In this document: piece by piece, positions 57,917 through 64,000 of the stretch
Numbering within the stretch: position 1 is the first letter of the stretch
Layout of the letters: each line of letters starts with the position of its first letter
NCBI GenBank assembly: GCA_945862245.1
Contig: CAMAXN010000004.1
Span: 442 to 64,441 of the forward strand
Direction of reading: 5' to 3'
DNA: 64,000 nt
DNA from: Prosthecobacter debontii
GTDB taxonomy: Bacteria > Verrucomicrobiota > Verrucomicrobiia > Verrucomicrobiales > Akkermansiaceae
Program-made: the position numbers and the translations under genes
Notes under the pieces: generated by a model
Database searches by the model: none
What the model saw: the letters and a program-made list of their open reading frames with translations, nothing else
Told to the model about the DNA's origin: nothing

Positions 57917-57987
57917 ATTTCCCTGAAATTCGGAGTACCGAAATAATCTAAAGAAATACTGAACGTTCAGGACATCCTGATGCTCGG

Positions 57988-58947
57988 TTACGGCGCTTTG
58001 CTTTCCATCCAGCTCGCGGGAATGCCGTTTGCCGCGGCGAGTAGGGAACCTACCACGGCGCCCCTATGGCAGTTGTCGCCGCCGCACATAGCGTTGGCGA
58101 GAATGCCTGCTTCAAAGTTGTCGTGATATTTCCATGCGAGGTAGAGGGAGGCGGGCATGGACTCGGCGATGTAGCAGGCGGGACTGAAGCGCTGGCCGAT
58201 GACGTGAGTGTCCGCCTGTGCTGTCCAAGTGTCTGCCTTGTTACCCGAGAGCCAATCGCCTGCTTCTTGTCGGATGGCCTCATGAAGTGTGAGTCCCTCG
58301 CGGATGCGGAACAGCAAGCGGGCGAGGGTATCAGCGGCACGCAGCACATTCGCATGGGCGTGGGTGAGACCAACGTGTTCCTTCACGGTGGCACGGAGGG
58401 TCGGGAGATCTGCGTCTCGCATCACGAAGCAGAGCGCAGGCACCTGCGCGAGACCGCCAATGTGTTCGTCTTGGATCGAACATTTTCTCGGAGGATTGCC
58501 CATGGCGTAGCGGGTGAAGAATCCGCGATGATATTCCTCTAGGTAGGTGTCGCGGTGCTTGCCTGGGGTGAGCATGAAATCGATGTAATGCGCGAGCCAT
58601 TCATCGGGATCGTAGCCGCCGGATGTTTCGCAAAGCCGCACGAGTTCGGTGGCGAGTTTGAAATTGAGCGTGTTTTCCCCGGCTTTAAGAAACTGGTGGT
58701 AATGAATGCCGCGCTGCCCCCAGTAGGCGGCTTGGTCGTGGAGGATCTCGCCTTTTTCGTTGAGTGCGGTGTATTGAGAGCGCCAGAGGATCGAGCCAGT
58801 GTGCGGGTTCTTGGGAGCGAGATAGCCGTTGATCTCGCCGTATTCCGCGCGCAACGCCTCGCGGTCGTAATACCAGTGGACGGGCATGGCTACGGCATCC
58901 GCGGCGAGCGAGCCGAGGTAGGCGTTTTGGAAGATTTCGGGGTGCAT
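57988..58947 (-). CDS. ADP-ribosylglycohydrolase family protein
   Basis: Begins MHPEIFQNAYLGSLAADAVAMPVHWYY and ends ..CGGDNCHRGAVVGSLL... The upstream part of the 589-aa track ORF is an out-of-frame overlap with proA. Confidence 0.75.
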   Translation of the reverse strand: MHPEIFQNAYLGSLAADAVAMPVHWYYDREALRAEYGEINGYLAPKNPHTGSILWRSQYTALNEKGEILHDQAAYWGQRGIHYHQFLKAGENTLNFKLATELVRLCETSGGYDPDEWLAHYIDFMLTPGKHRDTYLEEYHRGFFTRYAMGNPPRKCSIQDEHIGGLAQVPALCFVMRDADLPTLRATVKEHVGLTHAHANVLRAADTLARLLFRIREGLTLHEAIRQEAGDWLSGNKADTWTAQADTHVIGQRFSPACYIAESMPASLYLAWKYHDNFEAGILANAMCGGDNCHRGAVVGSLLAAANGIPASWMESKAP

Positions 58948-58996
58948 GAGTCTGCGATGATAGAGCGGTATGCGTGAGACGCAAGTTGGGCGGGGC

Positions 58997-59088
58997 GTAG
59001 GCTTGAGCCTACTGTGGGTCATGGGCTTCAGCCCGTTCTTTCCACAAGCCGGGCTGAAGCCCGCTGCCCTTGGTAGGCTGAAGCCTAC
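58997..59088. repeat. Four nested palindromic units (GTAGGCTTGAGCCTAC / GGGCTTCAGCCCG / CGGGCTGAAGCCC / GTAGGCTGAAGCCTAC). REP-like element or compound terminator.
   Basis: The inner pair 59023-59035 and 59050-59062 is a perfect 13-bp inverted repeat. The outer pair 58997-59012 and 59073-59088 matches 15 of 16. The last unit overlaps the proA stop codon (59085-59087). Confidence 0.7.
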
Positions 59089-60353
59089 TCTCCAGCCTTC
59101 GTCTGTCCCGCGCCGCGCACCCGGTATTGGTAGCTGGTGAGTTCGCGGAGGCCCATGGGGCCGCGGGCGTGGAGCTTGTCGGTGGAGATGCCGATCTCGG
59201 CGCCGAAGCCGAACTCGCCACCGTCGGCGAAGCGGGTGGAGACATTGTGGAACACGCAGGCGGAATCCACGGCGCGGAGGAAATGTTCGGCCATGGCGTG
59301 ATCCGCTGTGACGATGCAATCGGTGTGGTGGGAGCCGTGGGTGTTGATGTGATCTACTGCTTCTGTAGTAGAACCGACGATCTTGATGGCGAGGATGAGG
59401 TCGAGGTATTCCGCACCCCAGTCCTCCTCGGTGGCGGGGATGGCGTCTGTTAGAATTGCCAACGTTTCGGCGCAGCCGCGCAGCTCGACGCCTTTCGCGC
59501 GGAGTGCGGTGGCGGCCATGGGGAGGAATGCTTCCGCTACGGAGCGGTGGACTAAGAGCGTTTCGAGGGCATTGCAGACGCCGGGTTTCTGGGTCTTGGA
59601 ATCGACGGCTAGTTTCACGGCCATTTCGAGGTCGGCTTTTTCGTGGACGTAGAGGTGGCAGATGCCGTCGTAGTGCTTGATGACGGGCATGCGGGCGAGG
59701 GAAACGACCGTCTCGATGAGGCCTTTTCCGCCGCGCGGGATAATTAGGTCGAGCCACTGATCCATTCGCGCCATGGCGGCAACACTGCTGCGGTCCGTGA
59801 AGGGGACGAGCTGTATCGAATGCTCGGGGAGGCCGGCTTTCGCGCCGCTTTCCTGGAGGGCGGTGGCGATGGCGAGGTTTGAGTGGATAGCCTCGCTGCC
59901 GCCTCGCAGGATTGTGGCGTTGCCAGTTTTGAAACAGAGCGCGGCGGCGTCGGCGGTGACGTTGGGGCGGCTCTCGAAAATGATGCCGATCGTGCCGATG
60001 GGGACGCGCACTTGCTCAATGCGAATGCCGCTGGGGCGGTGCCAATCATCGAGGATTTGGCCAACGGGATCGGGCAGGGTGGCTACGTGGTCGAGCGCGG
60101 CGGCGATGGCTTCGAGACGTGTTGCGTCGAGCCGGAGGCGGTCGAGCATCGCGGAGGAAAGGCCTTTTTCCTCAGCCGCGGAGATATCTCTGGCGTTGGC
60201 AGAAAGGATTTTCTCGGAGGCGTCGCAGAGACCCTGCGCCATCGCGAGGAGAATGGTGTTTTTCGTTTCTGACGAGAGCTGGGAAAGCTTGAGCGCGGCG
60301 GCGCGTGCCTGGCGGCCCATTGCGTGGATCTGTTCGGTGATGGGATCGCTCAT
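59085..60353 (-). CDS. proA: Glutamate-5-semialdehyde dehydrogenase
   Basis: 422 aa. ..NTHGSHHTD.., VSTRFADGGEFGFGAEIGIST. Confidence 0.9.
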   Translation of the reverse strand: MSDPITEQIHAMGRQARAAALKLSQLSSETKNTILLAMAQGLCDASEKILSANARDISAAEEKGLSSAMLDRLRLDATRLEAIAAALDHVATLPDPVGQILDDWHRPSGIRIEQVRVPIGTIGIIFESRPNVTADAAALCFKTGNATILRGGSEAIHSNLAIATALQESGAKAGLPEHSIQLVPFTDRSSVAAMARMDQWLDLIIPRGGKGLIETVVSLARMPVIKHYDGICHLYVHEKADLEMAVKLAVDSKTQKPGVCNALETLLVHRSVAEAFLPMAATALRAKGVELRGCAETLAILTDAIPATEEDWGAEYLDLILAIKIVGSTTEAVDHINTHGSHHTDCIVTADHAMAEHFLRAVDSACVFHNVSTRFADGGEFGFGAEIGISTDKLHARGPMGLRELTSYQYRVRGAGQTKAGE

Positions 60354-60406
60354 GGTGTGGTGTCATTAAAATTGTTTGTGTATAATGCAAGTAGGCACAA
60401 AATCAT

Positions 60407-60530
60407 GGGGAGCACACGCGCCCCCGCGTGTCGTTTCCGACGCCCTCGTAGGAAACCGCGTGGGACGGTTCGAACGGCCGGTCTTCGGCGAGGGCGCCAA
60501 AGACAACACGCGGTGGCGCGTGTGCTCCCC
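60407..60530. repeat. 124-bp GC-rich element bounded by perfect 16-bp inverted repeats (GGGGAGCACACGCGCC ... GGCGCGTGTGCTCCCC). MITE-like element or a long structured RNA hairpin.
   Basis: Arms at 60407-60422 and 60515-60530. Further internal complementarity (CCGCGTGT/ACACGCGG, CGCCCTCG/CGAGGGCG) and a central GTTCGAAC palindrome. Lies in the 207-bp proB-proA spacer. Confidence 0.7.
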
Positions 60531-60560
60531 GCGGATGCTTCGCCCATCCATCCGAATTCG

Positions 60561-61343
60561 CTATTCTGAAATATTGGATACACTGGCGGGGATGAATTTC
60601 GTGGAAATGCCTTTTCCGGCGACGATGTCCGCGAGGCGCTCGGGGTGGCGTCCGTTGGCGATGTGGGTTTCGATCCCGGCCTCGACCGCGAATTTCACGG
60701 CCTCCAGTTTCGAGTACATGCCGCCCATGGAAAATTTCCCTTTGTCCTCGCGGACGTGGCGGAAGACCGAATCGATCTCATCCACGGTGGGGATGAGTTC
60801 CTTCGTCTCGGGATCGAGCAGGCCATCGACGCTGGTGAGGAGGATCACGCGTTTTGCGCCGAGGAGTTTCGCGACGCGGACGGAGAGCATGTCGTTGTCG
60901 CCGAAGCTGAGCTCGCGGATCGCGACGGAGTCGTTCTCGTTAATGACGGGAAGGATGCGCGGTTCGACGAGGAGGCGACCGAAGGTGCTGAGGAGGTTCG
61001 CGGCGCGGTCTTCGTTTTGGATATCCTCGGCGGTTAGAAGGATTTGGGCGACGGTGATCTCGAAGTTGGAAAAAAGGGTGCTGTAGGTGCTCATCAGGCG
61101 TGCCTGGCCGACGGCGGCGCAGGCCTGGCGGGTCTCGATGTCCTTGGGATACTCGCTGAGACCGAGCGCGGAGACGCCTGATCCGACCGCTCCCGAGGAA
61201 ACAAAAAGGCAGCGATGGCCAGTATTGATAAGTCCGGAAATGGCGGCGACGAGATGAACGAGCGCCGCGCGGTCGATCGTGCCGTCGGAGGTTTTTGTGA
61301 GCACGCCAGTGCCGGCCTTGATGATGGTGAGGTCTGTGGACAT
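60561..61343 (-). CDS. proB: Glutamate 5-kinase (short form without a PUA domain)
   Basis: Starts MSTDLTIIKAGTGVLT. Contains FGDNDMLS. About 260 aa. The track start at 61451 adds a non-conserved extension. Confidence 0.85.
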   Translation of the reverse strand: MSTDLTIIKAGTGVLTKTSDGTIDRAALVHLVAAISGLINTGHRCLFVSSGAVGSGVSALGLSEYPKDIETRQACAAVGQARLMSTYSTLFSNFEITVAQILLTAEDIQNEDRAANLLSTFGRLLVEPRILPVINENDSVAIRELSFGDNDMLSVRVAKLLGAKRVILLTSVDGLLDPETKELIPTVDEIDSVFRHVREDKGKFSMGGMYSKLEAVKFAVEAGIETHIANGRHPERLADIVAGKGISTKFIPASVSNISE

Positions 61344-61467
61344 TCGGTGGGGCGGAGGAATAAACTGAATCGGCGGAATATGCCAATCCAAAGCTTCGAT
61401 GGAGAGGGGAACTTGCCCTTGCCCAAACTGGGGGAGATACCTAAAAGACACCTAACCAAGCCCAGTC

Positions 61468-63093
61468 ATGAAATCAAAAATCCTCCTACTTCTAGTATTT
61501 TTTGTGTTTTCAATCGCTCCGGCTTTCGCGTCCGGCGGAGGGACGGAACCCGCCTACACAAACCTCAAGGGCGGGGGGGCGCAATACTCCAAGTTTCCGA
61601 AGCCGCTTGAGTTGTATGGGGAGGAGGAAGGCAGCATGTTCGAGACAATCAAGGCGCGTGCCTCCGAGGATCCGTTCAACGTGGTGGCCTCTGTTATTTT
61701 CCTGCTCGCGATCTGCCACACATTTGTCGCGATACCGATCGGCAAGCTCGCCCACAAATGCGCACACGAACATGAGGAGCGGCTGAAACTTCGCGGGCCG
61801 AGGGACACGCAGCATCCGGACGGCGAGCCAGAAGTTTCCTTCAAGGCGACCATTCTCCACTTCCTTAGCGAGGTGGAGGCGGTTTTCGGGATCTGGGTGA
61901 TCGCGCTCGCGGCGGCGGCCACTTATTTCTACAGCTGGCATGATTTCGAGGTTTACGTCAGCAAGGACAAGGTCTTCACCGAGCCGCTTTTCGTAGTGGT
62001 CATCATGGCGATCTCCGCCAGCCGTCCGGTGCTGCGTTTCGCGGAAGCCCTGATGTCAAAGGCCGCCGCCCTCGGAAAAGGAACACCCGCCGCGTGGTGG
62101 CTGAGCGTGCTGATCATTGCTCCAATCCTCGGGTCGTTCATTACGGAGCCCGGCGCTATGACCATCGCAGCAATGCTGCTGGCGAAGAAATTTTACCGCT
62201 TCAACCCACCTCCGCTGCTCGCTTACGGGACGATCGGATTGCTTTTCGTGAACATCTCCGTCGGCGGTACGCTCACGCATTTTGCCGCGCCGCCGGTGCT
62301 GATGGTCGCAGGAAAATGGGGCTGGGACAGCCTATTTATGCTGGAGCATTTCGGTTGGAAAGCGGTCACGGGCGTTGTGATTTCGAGCCTGATTTATTTT
62401 ATGTTTTTCCGAAAAGCCCTATTCAGCATCGCCGACAAAGCGGACGGCTGCGAAGACGGCGAGCTGCACCCGGCATCATGGCAGGAGCGTGAAACATCGA
62501 TTCCCGCCTGGATCATCGGCATCCACTTGGCTTTCCTAGGATGGACGGTTTACACGGCGCACTATCCGGTGCTCTTTGTTGGCGGCTTCCTGTTCTTCCT
62601 CGCCTTCGGATTGGCTACTCAGCACCATCAGAACGCGGTTTCAATGAGAAGCCCGATGATGGTCGGCTTCTTTCTCGCGGGTCTGGTGATCCATGGCGGC
62701 GTCCAAGGCTGGTGGATCGCGCCGATCATCCAGAACCTCTCCGATCAGGCACTGATGCTTGGAGCGACGATTCTGACCGCATTCAACGACAACGCCGCGA
62801 TCACTTATCTCGCCTCGCAGGTGGATGGAATTTCGTTCACTGCGAAGCACGCCGTGGTGGCGGGAGCGGTCACGGGCGGGGGACTCACTGTCATCGCCAA
62901 CGCGCCAAACCCCGCGGGACAGAGTATTCTCTCGCGATTTTTCAAGGACGGGGTATCGCCGCTCTATCTTTTCCTAGCCGCGCTGGTGCCGACCATCGTT
63001 GTTTACCTCTGCTTTGTGTTCCTACCGAACGGGTCTGCAAATGAGAAGCTACCCGTGGTGCGCGCCATTCATCAGGAGGCGTTAATCAAGTGA
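61468..63093 (+). CDS. Polytopic membrane transporter, possibly of the putative Na+/H+ antiporter (Na_H_antiport_2-like) family
   Basis: 541 aa with at least 10 TM helices. GSFITEPGAMT and FNDNAAITYLAS motifs, recalled but not verified. Confidence 0.45.
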   Translation: MKSKILLLLVFFVFSIAPAFASGGGTEPAYTNLKGGGAQYSKFPKPLELYGEEEGSMFETIKARASEDPFNVVASVIFLLAICHTFVAIPIGKLAHKCAHEHEERLKLRGPRDTQHPDGEPEVSFKATILHFLSEVEAVFGIWVIALAAAATYFYSWHDFEVYVSKDKVFTEPLFVVVIMAISASRPVLRFAEALMSKAAALGKGTPAAWWLSVLIIAPILGSFITEPGAMTIAAMLLAKKFYRFNPPPLLAYGTIGLLFVNISVGGTLTHFAAPPVLMVAGKWGWDSLFMLEHFGWKAVTGVVISSLIYFMFFRKALFSIADKADGCEDGELHPASWQERETSIPAWIIGIHLAFLGWTVYTAHYPVLFVGGFLFFLAFGLATQHHQNAVSMRSPMMVGFFLAGLVIHGGVQGWWIAPIIQNLSDQALMLGATILTAFNDNAAITYLASQVDGISFTAKHAVVAGAVTGGGLTVIANAPNPAGQSILSRFFKDGVSPLYLFLAALVPTIVVYLCFVFLPNGSANEKLPVVRAIHQEALIK

Positions 63094-63282
63094 TCATAAG
63101 GGTTTCTCGTCGCTGTCTCGTTAGTCAGTATATCTGTGCAAAGGATCTTTTTTGGATGTTCTTTGGGCTTGCAAAGCTAGGTAAGCCCCATAGGTTTGCC
63201 CCTCAGTTTTTCTTTTGTCCTGCCTGCGATTGGAGCCTCGGTGCCTGCAGGACGCTTTTATTCCGGGGCAATTGTCGGAAGG

Positions 63283-63320
63283 AAAACGAACCAAACTAAC
63301 CAAACTACTAACCAAACCAT
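63283..63320 (+). promoter_or_regulatory. A/C-rich, nearly G-free leader with three AACCAAAC repeats abutting the rpsA ATG. No Shine-Dalgarno is evident.
   Basis: AACCAAAC at 63289-63296, 63298-63305 and 63310-63317. The only G in 63283-63320 is at 63288. Confidence 0.5.
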
Positions 63321-64000
63321 ATGATTACTGCCACCGCAGAACCAATTAACCAAGAACTGAGTGACCTCATCGATTCGAAATTCATGGAATTCCGTGAAGG
63401 ATCCATCGTGAAGGGCAAAGTCCTTGAAATTCGCCCACAAATCGTCCTCGTGGACATCGGCTACAAATCGGAGGGTGCCATCCCCTCCAACGAATTCGAG
63501 GATGATGAAATCGAGATCGGTGATGAGATTGAGGTCCTTCTTGAGCGTCTCGAGAACGATGAGGGAATGGTAATTCTTTCCAAAGAGAAAGCCGCCTACA
63601 AGCAGAACTGGGACAAGATCGTCAAAGTCTTTCACGATGGTGGACTCGTCCGTGGCAAGGTTAAAGCGGTCGTCAAAGGCGGACTCACCGTCAATGTTGG
63701 GGTCGAGGCTTTCCTCCCCGGCTCCCAAGTGGATATCATCCCACCCAAGGATCTTTCCGAATTCGTTGGAAACATCTACGAATTCAAGATCGTCAAGGTC
63801 AACGACGAGCGCAAAAACATCGTCCTTTCCCGCCGCGAAGTCATCGAAGCCGAGCGCTCCGAGCAACGCCAGGCGTTCCTTCAAACCGTCAAGATCGGCG
63901 ACAAGGTCGTCGGTGCGATCAAGAATCTCACCGATTTCGGTGCCTTCGTCGATCTCGCTGGTATGGACGGCTTGCTCCATATCACAGACATGTCGTGGGG
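63321..64000 (+). CDS. rpsA: 30S ribosomal protein S1 (5' part; continues beyond the window end)
   Basis: Own translation: MITATAEPINQELSDLIDSKFMEFREGSIVKGKVLEIRPQIVLVDIGYKSEGAIP..GGLTVNVGVEAFLPGSQVD..GAIKNLTDFGAFVDLAGMDGLLHITDMSW (S1 motifs). Confidence 0.9.
   Translation, partial: MITATAEPINQELSDLIDSKFMEFREGSIVKGKVLEIRPQIVLVDIGYKSEGAIPSNEFEDDEIEIGDEIEVLLERLENDEGMVILSKEKAAYKQNWDKIVKVFHDGGLVRGKVKAVVKGGLTVNVGVEAFLPGSQVDIIPPKDLSEFVGNIYEFKIVKVNDERKNIVLSRREVIEAERSEQRQAFLQTVKIGDKVVGAIKNLTDFGAFVDLAGMDGLLHITDMSW

Noticed and set aside
57988-59757. A 589-aa ORF whose N-terminal ~270 aa are extremely Arg/Pro-rich
   Set aside because: The upstream part overlaps proA (59085-60353) in another frame and also crosses the palindromic spacer. 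Recognisable ADP-ribosylglycohydrolase sequence begins only at the ATG at 58947.
60376-60390. Perfect TATAAT (60381-60386) on the plus strand
   Set aside because: The -35 region (TGGTGT) is poor, and the TG is offset by one from an extended -10. It is kept only as a note under the proB-proA element and is not called a promoter.
60464-60480. GGTTCGAAC, reminiscent of a tRNA T-loop (GGTTCGAAT)
   Set aside because: There is no flanking acceptor, D or anticodon arm geometry. It is simply the centre of the long inverted repeat.
60376-61086. 236-aa plus-strand ORF spanning the inverted-repeat element and running antisense to proB
   Set aside because: It has no recognisable motifs and overlaps the well-supported proB on the opposite strand.
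63258-63980. 240-aa minus-strand ORF rich in D/L/F
   Set aside because: It is the antisense shadow of rpsA, whose S1-domain translation on the plus strand is unmistakable.
1-64000. Search for mobile elements, prophage genes, toxin-antitoxin pairs, CRISPR arrays, tRNA/rRNA genes
   Set aside because: No transposase, integrase, phage structural, Cas or small adjacent TA-like ORF pairs were recognised. No direct-repeat arrays or tRNA-like cloverleaf signatures were seen in intergenic regions longer than 75 bp.

Overview
This 64-kb segment looks like ordinary bacterial chromosome. I call 51 protein-coding genes, two of them truncated at the window edges. I found no rRNA, tRNA, CRISPR array, transposase or integrase. 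Most genes are housekeeping: pyc, trpE/trpG, rsmE, cca, argH, uvrC, glnD, nrnA-truB-ribF, proB/proA, rpsA, apbC-like and ppiB-like. The gene content includes DUF1080, secreted prenyltransferase/squalene-oxidase-repeat proteins, DUF58, a DUF4175-like protein and many signal-peptide TPR proteins. This suggests a PVC-type (Verrucomicrobiota/Planctomycetota-like) organism, but that is inference only. The best candidate for an undescribed system is a six-gene, translationally coupled operon at 22362-30835. It encodes only membrane or exported proteins: a TM/coiled-coil scaffold, a G/E-rich secreted protein, a terpenoid-cyclase-fold protein and three tandem beta-sandwich paralogues with a shared 2+core+2 repeat architecture. 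An uncharacterised gene with a winged-helix-like N-terminus and an orphan AddB-like nuclease lie just upstream. Non-coding signals seen directly are: (1) a ~30-bp AT-rich motif (AAATTTTAAACTTTAAACTTCAAGGAAGA) recurring at five gene junctions; (2) a 124-bp GC-rich element with perfect 16-bp terminal inverted repeats splitting proB from proA; (3) four nested GGCTnnAGCC palindromes downstream of proA; (4) a nearly G-free AACCAAAC-repeat leader before rpsA. All functional calls come from motif recognition by eye, and no database search was run.
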